This document shows, in pieces, positions 1 through 13,253 of a stretch of 64,000 bases of DNA (positions are counted from its first letter, which is position 1; each line of letters opens with the position of its first letter). The notes beneath the pieces were generated by a model. The model was not told the origin of the DNA. It made no database searches and saw only the letters and a list, made by a program, of their open reading frames with translations. The translations under genes were made by a program, and so were the position numbers. Where the stretch lies: the NCBI GenBank assembly GCA_964016885.1, contig OZ024740.1, positions 141,236,001 through 141,300,000 on the forward strand, read 5' to 3'. Origin of the DNA: Eledone cirrhosa. Taxonomy: Eukaryota.

Positions 1-145
1 TATTTTATATAATCGGACACTAAAAATTATTTTTTAAAGGTTGTTGTTCTTTAGCCTTGAGTCTAAGATACTGCAAATAACTTTATTTCACAAGAAGTCC
101 GTTAATCAGTAATGTTTTTATTGAATACAGGTGCGTTTTGTGTGG

Positions 146-208
146 GCATCGGTGGTAGAATGCCCGCCTGCCACCCGGGTGGTCCAGGTTACATTCCCTA
201 CCGATGCA
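146..208 (+). pseudogene. tRNA-Gly(GCC) pseudogene with 8-nt D-arm deletion
   Basis: GCATCGGTGGTAGAATGCCCGCCTGCCAC...CCAGGTTACATTCCCTACCGATGCA; deletion between GTGGT repeats, B box destroyed. Confidence 0.88.
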
Positions 209-814
209 TTTATAAAATTAGCGGTTGTTGTGCGTGGTTTTGTATTTATTTTCTTTGTTTTTTTATGTTATTTCATCCTAGGATAATTTGGTTGAGCAGA
301 CATTTCTCGGGGGTGTTCCAGTAGTTGTTATCCAATTTTTATATATTTACGGGTCCTGTCCCACGGCGCAGCGCGCTGCCCCTTACATCAAGTGTCTTGT
401 ACTATAGGCTCTGGTTCACCAATGCATTGTCATTGAAATTTAGAAGACGGAATCAGCAGAAGCTCGTTTTGTCTGAGTGTGGAAGTATATACGATATATT
501 AATGTATAATGATATAGAATATATATATGTCACGCTAGGAATGTTTTAAGCCGTCATTTCTAATGAATTCAAGTTACTGATGATGTATAAATATTTTGAA
601 ATACTCGTGTGTGATGTTCTCTCGTGACAACTGAAATAGCTGTGACATGATCACCACTGAAAACATTCTTAGCGAGACATCTATATGTTTAGCGTTCTTG
701 AAAATGTCGTATATTCTCTAATATACATCTCTATTATGAATCCGGTTGTGTTTGTGTTGCACATAACACACACATAAGCAATGTGTTACTTAAATACCAC
801 AACAAGCGTTGTGA

Positions 815-868
815 GCATCGGTGGTTCAGTGGAAGAATGCTCGCCTGCCACGGGGTCGGCCCGGGTTC
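815..868 (+). pseudogene. 3'-truncated tRNA-Gly(GCC) (first 54 nt) fused to Helitron body
   Basis: GCATCGG...CCGGGTTC|AAATGAAATCG; lacks 3' T-stem and acceptor strand. Confidence 0.88.
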
Positions 869-1338
869 AAATGAAATCGTAATTGACAATATGCACAGAA
901 ATTGAAGAGAGACTGTCTTACAGTCTTTTGTAATCAGTAAAGTAATCCATGATTCATTTCAAAAGGACGATATTATATATAAACTGCAGTTACGGTGAAA
1001 TGTAATGAAAACGAAAAAGGAGAAAATTAGCCCCAGAAATATAAACGTTATGATATAACGATGCAAATATATGAATGTTTATATAAGCGATATGTGATAT
1101 AGCGTCCGTTATATCATAACCGGAAGTATTGACATTTGAAAATTTCAGAAGAAGAGAAACTTAAAATAAGCAATCATTATATAAAAGAATATTAATGTGA
1201 AATCAACAGCTACGAAATTTTGTACATAAATTATGTAATATTCATTATTTATTCAAAGTAATCCAACTTATTTTACTAACGGGATTAAAAATTATAAAAC
1301 GGACGCTATCCCGTACTCCTCCCTTTATGATATATAGA
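869..1338 (-). mobile_element. Non-autonomous Helitron remnant lacking its 3' terminus (repeated in every unit)
   Basis: Matches 34769-35237; minus-strand 5' end A|TCTATATATC. Confidence 0.65.
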
Positions 1339-1489
1339 TTCTTTTAATTTTGGTATTACGTAATACCAAAGTTGTTATTGTTTTAGATAGATTATTACTG
1401 TTTGGCCTCAATTTAGTAATGGATGAATAGATTTAATGAAAAGCATTTCTGTTATCATATGTTTGTTTTGGGGATTTTCTTCTTTCTAA

Positions 1490-1925
1490 TGTTCCGTTAG
1501 GTTAGTGAAGACGAATGACAGCTGCAGCACTGATTTTCATTCCAGTCATACTGAGCACTCTGCAGTCAAACCTAACAAGTGCACGTCGGAGTTCCCCTTC
1601 TGACGAGGTGAATAATACCATGTCGTCTGCATATTCCAGCCGACTGATCCAACACACGTCAGTCATGATATCACTTCCAACACAGCTGTGCATGTCAATC
1701 TTATTCATGGAGATTATGAACAGATGTGAGAGTATGCACCCTTGGCAGAGTCCGACTCACATATTGAATGGTTTCGATTTAGTACCATCTATCTGAACAC
1801 ATACTCGGTCATTGGCATCAGGGCACAGAAAAACTGTCCATCCATCTCACACTCCTTCAGAACCTTCCACAGCGCGTCCCTTGGAACAAGGTCGTATGGC
1901 TTTCCGGGGACTACAATGGAGGAGT
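1490..1925 (-). mobile_element. Degenerate non-LTR (RTE-like) RT fragment 1 (repeated in every unit)
   Basis: Minus strand gives KPYDLVPRDALWKVLKE, a QGC-like segment and LEYADDMVL, with frameshifts. Confidence 0.85.
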
Positions 1926-1973
1926 TTATTTTAAAATACATTACATGCCATATATGAAATAAGCGAAGTGTGA

Positions 1974-2044
1974 GCATCGGTGGTTCAGTGGTAGAATGCT
2001 CGCCTGCCACGCGGGCGGCCCGGGTTCGATTCCCGGCCGATGCA
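1974..2044 (+). tRNA. tRNA-Gly-GCC: tRNA-Gly(GCC), canonical
   Basis: GCATCGGTGGTTCAGTGGTAGAATGCTCGCCTGCCACGCGGGCGGCCCGGGTTCGATTCCCGGCCGATGCA; full cloverleaf, A/B boxes, T-run terminator just downstream. Confidence 0.97.
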
Positions 2045-2049
2045 TGTTG

Positions 2050-2057
2050 TTTTTTTT
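2050..2057 (+). terminator. Pol III oligo-T terminator (repeated after each full-length array tRNA)
   Basis: T-run beginning 6 nt after the discriminator base. Confidence 0.85.
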
Positions 2058-2164
2058 ATTATTTTATTGTTTGGCATCAATTTACTTTTGAAATGAATAG
2101 ATTTGATGAGAAGCGCTTCTGTTGTTAACGTCTGTTTATTTTTTGTTTGTTTGTTTTTCATCTC

Positions 2165-2420
2165 TAGTGTTCCGATAGGTTAGTGAGAACGACAGTGTCC
2201 ATCATCGCGGCATTGATTTTCATTGCAGAGGTGCAACACTCGGCATCAAATCTATCAAGCGCATATCGGAGATCCTCTCCTGACGAGTTAAATAACACCT
2301 TGTCGTCTGCATATTCCAGCCGACTGAACCTACACCCTCCAGTCATGATATCACTTTCAAACCAGCTGCTCATGTCAACGTGGAATGTGGTGGTGGGCCT
2401 TTTCGAGGTCTACAAGGAAA
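2165..2420 (-). mobile_element. Degenerate RTE-like RT fragment 2, internally deleted paralog of fragment 1 (repeated in every unit)
   Basis: Minus strand VDLEKA ... RLEYADDKVL ... AMKINAA. Confidence 0.82.
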
Positions 2421-2618
2421 GAATTTTATCTTCACTTTTATCCTTTTAAATGAATAAATTATTTTATATAAATTATTTTATATAATCGGACACTAAAAAT
2501 TATTTTTTAAAGGTTGTTGTTCTTTAGCCGTGAGTCTAAGATACTGCAAATAACTTTATTTCACAAGAAGTCCGTTAATCAGTAATGTGTTTATTAAATA
2601 CAGGTGCGTTTTGTGTGG

Positions 2619-2681
2619 GCATCGGTGGTAGAATGCCCGCCTGCCACGCGGGTGGTCCAGGTTACATTCCCTACCGATGCA
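2619..2681 (+). pseudogene. tRNA-Gly D-arm-deleted pseudogene
   Basis: Array copy of 146-208. Confidence 0.88.
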
Positions 2682-3290
2682 TTTATAAAATTAGCGGTTG
2701 TTGTGCGTGGTTTTGTATTTATTTTCTTTGATTTTTTATGTTGTTATTTCATCCTAGGATAATTTGGTTGAGCAGACATTTCTCGGGGGTGTTCCAGTAG
2801 TTGTTATCCAATTTTTATATATTTACGGGTCCTGTCCCACGGCGCAGCGCGCTGCCCCTTACATCAAGTGTCTTGTACTATAGGCTCTGGTTCACCAATG
2901 CATTGTCATTGAAATTTAGAAGACGGAATCAGCAGAAGCTCGTTTTGTCTGAGTGTGGAAGTATATACGATATATTAATGTATAATGATATAGAATATAT
3001 ATATATCACGCTAGGAATGTTTTAAGCCGTCATTTCTAATGAATTCAAGTTACTGATGATGTATAAATATTTTGAAATACTCGTGTCTGATGTTCTCTCG
3101 GGACAACTGAAATAGCTGTGACATGATCACCACTGAAAACATTCTTAGCGAGACATCTATATGTTTAGCGTTCTTGAAAATGTCGTATATTCTCTAATAT
3201 ACATCTCTATTATGAATCCGGTTGTGTTTGTGTTGCACATAACACACACATAAGCAATGTGTTACTTAAATACCACACCAAGCGTTGTGA

Positions 3291-3344
3291 GCATCGGTGG
3301 TTCAGTGGAAGTATGCTCGCCTGCCACGGGGTCGGCCCGGGTTC
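3291..3344 (+). pseudogene. 3'-truncated tRNA-Gly
   Basis: Array copy of 815-868. Confidence 0.87.
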
Positions 3345-4451
3345 AAATGAAATCGTAATTGACAATATGCACAGAAATTGAAGAGAGACTGTGTTACAGT
3401 CTTTTATAATCAGTAAAGTAATCGATGATTCATTTCAAAAAGACGATATTATATATAAACTGCGTTACGGTGAAATGTAATGAAAACGAAAAAGGAGAAA
3501 ATTAGCCCCAGAAATATAAACATTATGATATAACGATGCAAATATATGAATGTTTATATAAGCGATATGTGATATAGCGTCCGTTATATCATAACCGGAA
3601 GTATTGACATTTGAAAATTTCAGAAGAAGAGAAACTTAAAATAAGCAATCATTATATAAAAGAATATTAATGTGAAATCAACAGCTACGAAATTTTGTAC
3701 ATAAATTATGTAATATTCATTATTTATTCAAAGTAATCCAACTTATTTTACTAACGGGATTAAAAATTATAAAACGGACGCTATCCCGTACTCCTCCCTT
3801 TATGATATATAGATTCTTTCAATTTTGGTATTACGTAATACCAAAGTTGTTATTGTTTTAGATAGATTATTACTGTTTGGCCTCAATTTAGTAATGGATG
3901 AATAGATTTAATGAAAAGCATTTCTGTTATCATATGTTTGTTTTGGGGATTTTCTTCTTTCTAATGTTCCGTTAGGTTAGTGAAGACGAATGACAGTTGC
4001 AGCACTGATTTTTCATTCCAGTCATACTGAGCACTCTGCAGTCAAACCTAACAAGTGCACGTCGGAGTTCCCCTTCTGACGAGGTGAATAATACCATGTC
4101 GTCTGCATATTCCAGCCGACTGATCCAACACACGTCAGTCATGATATCACTTCCAACACAGCTGTGCATGTCAATCTTATTCATGGAGATTATGAACAGA
4201 TGTGAGAGTATGCACCCTTGGCAGAGTCCGACTCACATATTGAATGGTTTCGATTTAGTACCATCTATCTGAACACAAATACTCGGTTATTCGCATCAGG
4301 GCACAGAAAAACTGTCCATCCATCTCACACTCCTTCAGAACCTTCCACAGCGCGTCCCTTGGAACAAGGTCGTATGGCTTTCCGGGGACTACAATGGAGG
4401 AGTTTATTTTAAAATACATTACATACCATATATGAAATAAGCGATGTGTAA

Positions 4452-4522
4452 GCATCGGTGGTTCAGTGGTAGAATGCTCGCCTGCCACGCGGGCGGCCCG
4501 GGTTCGATTCACGGTCGATGCA
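4452..4522 (+). tRNA. tRNA-Gly-GCC: tRNA-Gly(GCC) variant (one T-stem mismatch, one acceptor G-U)
   Basis: 71 nt; 3' end TTCGATTCACGGTCGATGCA. Confidence 0.8.
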
Positions 4523-5097
4523 TGTTGTTTTTTTTATTATTTTATTGTTTGGCATCAATTTACTTTTGAAATGAATAGATTTGATGAGAAGCGCTTCTGT
4601 TGTTAACGTCTGTTTATTTTTAGTTTGTTTGTTTTTTCATCTCTCGTGTTCCGATAGGTTAGTGAGAACGACTGTGTCCATCATCGCGGCATTGATTTTC
4701 ATTGCAGAGGTGCAACACTCGGCATCAAATCTATCAAGCGCATATCGGAGATCCTCTCCTGACGAGTTAAATAACACCTTGTCGTCTGCATATTCCAGCC
4801 GACTGAACCTACACCCTCCAGTCATGATATCACTTTCAAACCAGCTGCTCATGTCAACGTGGAATGTGGTGGTGGGCCTTTTCGAGGTCTACAAGAAAAG
4901 AATTTTATCTTCACTTTTATCCTTTTAAATGAATAAATTATTTTATATAAATTATTTTATATAATCGGACACTAAAAATTATTTTTTAAAGGTTGTTGTT
5001 CTTTAGCCTTGAGTCTAAGATACTGCAAATAACTTTATTTCACAAGAAGTCCGTTAATCAGTAATGTTTTTATTGAATACAGGTGCGTTTTGTGTGG

Positions 5098-5160
5098 GCA
5101 TCGGTGGTAGAATGCCCGCCTGCCACCCGGGTGGTCCAGGTTACATTCCCTACCGATGCA
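5098..5160 (+). pseudogene. tRNA-Gly D-arm-deleted pseudogene
   Basis: Array copy of 146-208. Confidence 0.88.
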
Positions 5161-5769
5161 TTTATAAAATTAGCGGTTGTTGTGCGTGGTTTTGTATTTA
5201 TTTTCTTTGTTTTTTTATGTTGTTATTTCATCCTAGGATAATTTGGTTGAGCAGACATTTCTCGGGGGTGTTCCAGTAGTTGTTATCCAATTTTTATATA
5301 TTTACGGGTCCTGTCCCACGGCGCAGCGCGCTGCCCCTTACATCAAGTGTCTTGTACTATAGGCTCTGGTTCACCAATGCATTGTCATTGAAATTTAGAA
5401 GACGGAATCAGCAGAAGCTCGTTTTGTCTGAGTGTGGAAGTATATACGATATATTAATGTATAATGATATAGAATATATATATGTCACGCTAGGAATGTT
5501 TTAAGCCGTCATTTCTAATGAATTCTAGTTACTGATGATGTATAAATATTTTGAAATACTCGTGTGTGATGTTCTCTCGTGACAACTGAAATAGCTGTGA
5601 CATGATCACCACTGAAAACATTCTTAGCGAGACATCTATATGTTTAGCGTTCTTGAAAATGTCGTATATTCTCTAATATACATCTCTATTATGAATCCGG
5701 TTGTGTTTGTGTTGCACATAACACACACATAAGCAATGTGTTACTTAAATACCACACCAAGCGTTGTGA

Positions 5770-5823
5770 GCATCGGTGGTTCAGTGGAAGAATGCTCGCC
5801 TGCCACGGGGTCGGCCCGGGTTC
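5770..5823 (+). pseudogene. 3'-truncated tRNA-Gly
   Basis: Array copy of 815-868. Confidence 0.87.
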
Positions 5824-6929
5824 AAATGAAATCGTAATTGACAATATGCACAGAAATTGAAGAGAGACTGTCTTACAGTCTTTTGTAATCAGTAAAGTAA
5901 TCCATGATTCATTTCAAAAAGACGATATTATATATAAACTGCGTTACGGTGAAATGTAATGAAAACGAAAAAGGAGAAAATTAGCCCCAGAAATATAAAC
6001 GTTATGATATAACGATGCAAATATATGAATGTTTATATAAGCGATATGTGATATAGCGTCCGTTATATCATAACCGGAAGTATTGACATTTGAAAATTTC
6101 AGAAGAAGAGAAACTTAAAATACGCAATCATTATATACAAGAATATTAATGTGAAATCAACAGCTACGAAATTTTGTACATAAATTATGTAGTATTCATT
6201 ATTTATTCAAAGTAATCCAACTTATTTTACTAACGGGATTAAAAATTATAAAACGGACGCTACCCCGTACTCCTCCCTTTATGATATATAGATTCTTTTA
6301 ATTTTGGTATTACGTAATACCAAAGTTGTTATTGTTTTATATAGATTATTACTGTTTGGCCTCAATTTAGTAATGGATGAATAGATTTAATGAAAAGCAT
6401 TTCTGTTATCATATGTTTGTTTTGGGGATTTTCTTCTTTCTAATGTTCCGTTAGGTTAGTGAAGACGAATGACAGCTGCAGCACTGATTTTCATTCCAGT
6501 CATACTGAGCACTCTGCAGTCAAACCTAACAAGTGCACGTCGGAGTTCCCCTTCTGACGAGGTGAATAATACCATGTCGTCTGCATATTCCAGCCGACTG
6601 ATCCAACACACGTCAGTCATGATATCACTTCCAACACAGCTGTGCATGTCAATCTTATTCATGGAGATTATGAACAGATGTGAGAGTATGCACCCTTGGC
6701 AGAGTCCGACTCACATATTGAATGGTCTCGATTTAGTACCATCTATCTGAACACAAATACTCGGTCATTCGCATCAGGGCACAGAAAAACTGTCCATCCA
6801 TCTCACACTCCTTCAGAACCTTCCACATCGCGTCCCTTGGAACAAGGTCATATGGCTTTCCGGGGACTACAATGGAGGAGTTTATTTTAAAATACATTAC
6901 ATGCTATATATGAAATAAGCGAAGTGTAA

Positions 6930-7000
6930 TCATCGGTTGTTCAGTGGTAGAATGCTCGCCTGCCACGCGGGCGGCCCGGGTTCGGTTCCCGGCCGATGCA
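6930..7000 (+). tRNA. tRNA-Gly-GCC: tRNA-Gly(GCC) damaged variant (G1T, G9T, T-loop A>G), probable pseudogene
   Basis: TCATCGGTTGTTCAG...GGTTCGGTTCCCGGCCGATGCA. Confidence 0.7.
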
Positions 7001-7575
7001 TGTTGTTTTTTTAATTATTTTATTGTTTGGCATCAATTTACTTTTGAAATCAATAGATTTGATGAGAAGCGCTTCTGTTGTTAACGTCTGTTTATTTTTA
7101 GTTTGTTTGTTTTTTCATCTCTAGTGTTCCGATAGGTTAGTGAGAACGACAGTGTCCATCATCGTGGCATTGATTTTCATTGCAGAGGTGCAACACTCGG
7201 CATCAAATCTATCAAGCGCATATCGGAGATCCTCTCCTGACGAGTTAAATAACACCTTGTCGTCTGCATATTCCAGCCGACTGAACCTACACCCTCCAGT
7301 CATGATATCACTTTCAAACCAGCTGCTCATGTCAACGTGGAATGTGGTGGTGGGCCTTTTCGAGGTCTACAAGAAAAGAATTTTATCTTCACTTTTATCC
7401 TTTTAAATGAATAAATTATTTTATATAAATTATTTTATATAATCGGACACTAAAAATTATTTTTTAAAGGTTGTTGTTCTTTAGCCTTGAGTCTAAGATA
7501 CTGCAAATAACTTTATTTCACAAGAAGTCCGTTAATCAGTAGTGTTTTTATTGAATACAGGTGCGTTTTGTGTGG

Positions 7576-7638
7576 GCATCGGTGGTAGAATGACCGCCTG
7601 CCACGCGGGTGGTCCAGGTTACATTCCCTACCGATGCA
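7576..7638 (+). pseudogene. tRNA-Gly D-arm-deleted pseudogene
   Basis: Array copy of 146-208. Confidence 0.88.
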
Positions 7639-8247
7639 TTTATAAAATTAGCGGTTGTTGTGCGTGGTTTTGTATTTATTTTCTTTGTTTTTTTATGTTG
7701 TTATTTCATCCTAGGATAATTTGGTTGAGCAGACATTTCTCGGGGGTGTTCCAGTAGTTGTTATCCAATTTTTATATATTTACGGGTCCTGTCCCACGGC
7801 GCAGCGCGCTGCCCCTTACATCAAGTGTCTTGTACTATAGGCTCTGGTTCACCAATGCATTGTCATTGAAATTTAGAAGACGGAATCAGCAGAAGCTCGT
7901 TTTGTCTGAGTGTGGAAGTATATACGATATATTAATGTATAATGATATAGAATATATATATGTCACGCTAGGAATGTTTTAAGCCGTCATTTCTAATGAA
8001 TTCAAATTACTGATGATGTATAAATATTTTGAAATACTCGTGTCTGATGTTCTCTCGGGACAATTGAAATAGCTGTGACATGATCACCACTGAAAACATT
8101 CTTAGCGAGACATCTATATGTTTAGCGTTCTTGAAAATGTCGTATATTCTCTAATATACATCTCTATTATGAATCTGGTTGTGTTTGTGTTGCACATAAC
8201 ACACACATAAGCAATGTGTTACTTAAATACCACACCAAGCGTTGTGA

Positions 8248-8301
8248 GCATCGGTGGTTCAGTGGAAGAATGCTCGCCTGCCACGGGGTCGGCCCGGGTT
8301 C
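8248..8301 (+). pseudogene. 3'-truncated tRNA-Gly
   Basis: Array copy of 815-868. Confidence 0.87.
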
Positions 8302-9408
8302 AAATGAAATCGTAATTGACAATATGCACAGAAATTTAAGAGAGACTGTCTTACAGTCTTTTGTAATCAGTAAAGTAATCCATGATTCATTTCAAAAAGA
8401 CGATATTATATATAAACTGCGTTACGGTGAAATGTAATGAAAACGAAAAAGGAGAAAGTTAGCCACAGAAATATAAACGTTATGATATAACGATGCAAAT
8501 ATATGAATGTTTATATAAGCGATATGTGATATAGCGTCCGTTATATCATAACCGGAAGTATTGACATTTGAAAATTTCAGAAGAAGAGAAACTTAAAATA
8601 CGCAATCATTATATACAAGAATATTAATGTGAAATCAACAGCTACGAAATTTTGTACATAAATTATGTAATATTCATTATTTATTCAAAGTAATCCAACT
8701 TATTTTACTAACGGGATTAAAAATTATAAAACGGACGCTATCCCGTACTCCTCCCTTTATGATATATAGATTCTTTTAATTTTGGTATTACGTAATACCA
8801 AAGTTGTTATTGTTTTAGATAGATTATTACTGTTTGGCCTCAATTTAGTAATGGATGAATAGATTTAATGAAAAGCATTTCTGTTATCATATGTTTGTTT
8901 TGGGGATTTTCTTCTTTCTAATGTTCCGTTAGGTTAGTGAAGACGAATGACAGTTGCAGCACTGATTTTTCATTCCAGTCATACTGAGCACTCTGCAGTC
9001 AAACCTAACAAGTGCACGTCGGAGTTCCCCTTCTGACGAGGTGAATAATACCATGTCGTCTGCATATTCCAGCCGACTGATCCAACACACGTCAGTCATG
9101 ATATCACTTCCAACACAGCTGTGCATGTCAATCTTATTCATGGAGATTATGAACAGATGTGAGAGTATGCACCCTTGGCAGAGTCCGACTCACATATTGA
9201 ATGGTTTCGATTTAGTACCATCTATCTGAACACAAATACTCGGTTATTCGCATCAGGGCACAGAAAAACTGTCCATCCATCTCACACTCCTTCAGAACCT
9301 TCCACAGCGCGTCCCTTGGAACAAGGTCGTATGGCTTTCCGGGGACTACAATGGAGGAGTTTATTTTAAAATACATTACATACCATATATGAAATAAGCG
9401 AAGTGTAA

Positions 9409-9479
9409 GCATCGGTGGTTCAGTGGTAGAATGCTCGCCTGCCACGCGGGCGGCCCGGGTTCGATTCAAGGTCGATGCA
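9409..9479 (+). tRNA. tRNA-Gly-GCC: tRNA-Gly(GCC) variant (two T-stem mismatches)
   Basis: 3' end TTCGATTCAAGGTCGATGCA. Confidence 0.72.
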
Positions 9480-10054
9480 TGTTGTTTTTTTTATTATTTT
9501 ATTGTTTGGCATCAATTTACTTTTGAAATGAATAGATTTGATGAGAAGCGCTTCTGTTGTTAACGTCTGTTTATTTTTAGTTTGTTTGTTTTTTCATCTC
9601 TCGTGTTCCGATAGGTTAGTGAGAACGACTGTGTCCATCATCGCGGCATTGATTTTCATTGCAGAGGTGCAACACTCGGCATCAAATCTATCAAGCGCAT
9701 ATCGGAGATCCTCTCCTGACGAGTTAAATAACACCTTGTCGTCTGCATATTCCAGCCGACTGAACCTACACCCTCCAGTCATGATATCACTTTCAAACCA
9801 GCTGCTCATGTCAACGTGGAATGTGGTGGTGGGCCTTTTCGAGGTCTACAAGAAAAGAATTTTATCTTCACTTTTATCCTTTTAAATGAATAAATTATTT
9901 TATATAAATTATTTTATATAATCGGACACTAAAAATTATTTTTTAAAGGTTGTTGTTCTTTAGCCTTGAGTCTAAGATACTGCAAATAACTTTATTTCAC
10001 AAGAAGTCCGTTAATCAGTAATGTTTTTATTGAATACAGGTGCGTTTTGTGTGG

Positions 10055-10117
10055 GCATCGGTGGTAGAATGCCCGCCTGCCACCCGGGTGGTCCAGGTTA
10101 CATTCCCTACCGATGCA
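10055..10117 (+). pseudogene. tRNA-Gly D-arm-deleted pseudogene
   Basis: Array copy of 146-208. Confidence 0.88.
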
Positions 10118-10723
10118 TTTATAAAATTAGCGGTTGTTGTGCGTGGTTTTGTATTTATTTTCTTTGTTTTTTTATGTTATTTCATCCTAGGATAATTTGG
10201 TTGAGCAGACATTTCTCGGGGGTGTTCCAGTAGTTGTTATCCAATTTTTATATATTTACGGGTCCTGTCCCACGGCGCAGCGCGCTGCCCCTTACATCAA
10301 GTGTCTTGTACTATAGGCTCTGGTTCACCAATGCATTGTCATTGAAATTTAGAAGACGGAATCAGCAGAAGCTCGTTTTGTCTGAGTGTGGAAGTATATA
10401 CGATATATTAATTTATAATGATATAGAATATATATATGTCACGCTAGGAATGTTTTAAGCCGTCATTTCTAATGAATTCAAGTTACTGATGATGTATAAA
10501 TATTTTGAAATACTCGTGTGTGATGTTCTCTCGTGACAACTGAAATAGCTGTGACATGATCACCACTGAAAACATTCTTAGCGAGACATCTATATGTTTA
10601 GCGTTCTTGAAAATGTCGTATATTCTCTAATATACATCTCTATTATGAATCCGGTTGTGTTTGTGTTGCACATAACACACACATAAGCAATGTGTTACTT
10701 AAATACCACAACAAGCGTTGTGA

Positions 10724-10777
10724 GCATCGGTGGTTCAGTGGAAGAATGCTCGCCTGCCACGGGGTCGGCCCGGGTTC
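10724..10777 (+). pseudogene. 3'-truncated tRNA-Gly
   Basis: Array copy of 815-868. Confidence 0.87.
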
Positions 10778-11882
10778 AAATGAAATCGTAATTGACAATA
10801 TGCACAGAAATTGAAGAGAGACTGTCTTACAGTCTTTTGTAATCAGTAAAGTAATCCATGATTCATTTCAAAAGGACGATATTATATATAAACTGCAGTT
10901 ACGGTGAAATGTAATGAAAACGAAAAAGGAGAAAATTAGCCCCAGAAATATAAACGTTATGATATAACGATGCAAATATATGAATGTTTATATAAGCGAT
11001 ATGTGATATAGCGTCCGTTATATCATAACCGGAAGTATTGACATTTGAAAATTTCAGAAGAAGAGAAACTTAAAATAAGCAATCATTATATAAAAGAATA
11101 TTAATGTGAAATCAACAGCTACGAAATTTTGTACATAAATTATGTAATATTCATTATTTATTCAAAGTAATCCAACTTATTTTACTAACGGGATTAAAAA
11201 TTATAAAACGGACGCTATCCCGTACTCCTCCCTTTATGATATATAGATTCTTTTAATTTTGGTATTACGTAATACCAAAGTTGTTATTGTTTTAGATAGA
11301 TTATTACTGTTTGGCCTCAATTTAGTAATGGATGAATAGATTTAATGAAAAGCATTTCTGTTATCATATGTTTGTTTTGGGGATTTTCTTCTTTCTAATG
11401 TTCCGTTAGGTTAGTGAAGACGAATGACAGCTGCAGCACTGATTTTCATTCCAGTCATACTGAGCACTCTGCAGTCAAACCTAACAAGTGCACGTCGGAG
11501 TTCCCCTTCTGACGAGGTGAATAATACCATGTCGTCTGCATATTCCAGCCGACTGATCCAACACACGTCAGTCATGATATCACTTCCAACACAGCTGTGC
11601 ATGTCAATCTTATTCATGGAGATTATGAACAGATGTGAGAGTATGCACCCTTGGCAGAGTCCGACTCACATATTGAATGGTTTCGATTTAGTACCATCTA
11701 TCTGAACACATACTCGGTCATTGGCATCAGGGCACAGAAAAACTGTCCATCCATCTCACACTCCTTCAGAACCTTCCACAGCGCGTCCCTTGGAACAAGG
11801 TCGTATGGCTTTCCGGGGACTACAATGGAGGAGTTTATTTTAAAATACATTACATGCCATATATGAAATAAGCGAAGTGTGA

Positions 11883-11953
11883 GCATCGGTGGTTCAGTGG
11901 TAGAATGCTCGCCTGCCACGCGGGCGGCCCGGGTTCGATTCCCGGCCGATGCA
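11883..11953 (+). tRNA. tRNA-Gly-GCC: tRNA-Gly(GCC), canonical
   Basis: Identical to 1974-2044, T-run terminator. Confidence 0.97.
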
Positions 11954-12527
11954 TGTTGTTTTTTTTATTATTTTATTGTTTGGCATCAATTTACTTTTGA
12001 AATGAATAGATTTGATGAGAAGCGCTTCTGTTGTTAACGTCTGTTTATTTTTTGTTTGTTTGTTTTTCATCTCTAGTGTTCCGATAGGTTAGTGAGAACG
12101 ACAGTGTCCATCATCGCGGCATTGATTTTCATTGCAGAGGTGCAACACTCGGCATCAAATCTATCAAGCGCATATCGGAGATCCTCTCCTGACGAGTTAA
12201 ATAACACCTTGTCGTCTGCATATTCCAGCCGACTGAACCTACACCCTCCAGTCATGATATCACTTTCAAACCAGCTGCTCATGTCAACGTGGAATGTGGT
12301 GGTGGGCCTTTTCGAGGTCTACAAGGAAAGAATTTTATCTTCACTTTTATCCTTTTAAATGAATAAATTATTTTATATAAATTATTTTATATAATCGGAC
12401 ACTAAAAATTATTTTTTAAAGGTTGTTGTTCTTTAGCCGTGAGTCTAAGATACTGCAAATAACTTTATTTCACAAGAAGTCCGTTAATCAGTAATGTGTT
12501 TATTAAATACAGGTGCGTTTTGTGTGG

Positions 12528-12590
12528 GCATCGGTGGTAGAATGCCCGCCTGCCACGCGGGTGGTCCAGGTTACATTCCCTACCGATGCA
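12528..12590 (+). pseudogene. tRNA-Gly D-arm-deleted pseudogene
   Basis: Array copy of 146-208. Confidence 0.88.
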
Positions 12591-13199
12591 TTTATAAAAT
12601 TAGCGGTTGTTGTGCGTGGTTTTGTATTTATTTTCTTTGATTTTTTATGTTGTTATTTCATCCTAGGATAATTTGGTTGAGCAGACATTTCTCGGGGGTG
12701 TTCCAGTAGTTGTTATCCAATTTTTATATATTTACGGGTCCTGTCCCACGGCGCAGCGCGCTGCCCCTTACATCAAGTGTCTTGTACTATAGGCTCTGGT
12801 TCACCAATGCATTGTCATTGAAATTTAGAAGACGGAATCAGCAGAAGCTCGTTTTGTCTGAGTGTGGAAGTATATACGATATATTAATGTATAATGATAT
12901 AGAATATATATATATCACGCTAGGAATGTTTTAAGCCGTCATTTCTAATGAATTCAAGTTACTGATGATGTATAAATATTTTGAAATACTCGTGTCTGAT
13001 GTTCTCTCGGGACAACTGAAATAGCTGTGACATGATCACCACTGAAAACATTCTTAGCGAGACATCTATATGTTTAGCGTTCTTGAAAATGTCGTATATT
13101 CTCTAATATACATCTCTATTATGAATCCGGTTGTGTTTGTGTTGCACATAACACACACATAAGCAATGTGTTACTTAAATACCACACCAAGCGTTGTGA

Positions 13200-13253
13200 G
13201 CATCGGTGGTTCAGTGGAAGTATGCTCGCCTGCCACGGGGTCGGCCCGGGTTC
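13200..13253 (+). pseudogene. 3'-truncated tRNA-Gly
   Basis: Array copy of 815-868. Confidence 0.87.

Noticed and set aside
869-1338. Array produced by rolling-circle read-through of the terminator-less Helitron
   Set aside because: DNA beside the Helitron 5' TC is the original insertion flank (matches 35238 onward and the empty site near 47070), not a new head-to-tail junction
1490-2044. RT next to structured RNA as a retron/DGR-like system
   Set aside because: The RT is a short frameshifted RTE-type LINE fragment and the RNA is an ordinary eukaryotic tRNA-Gly
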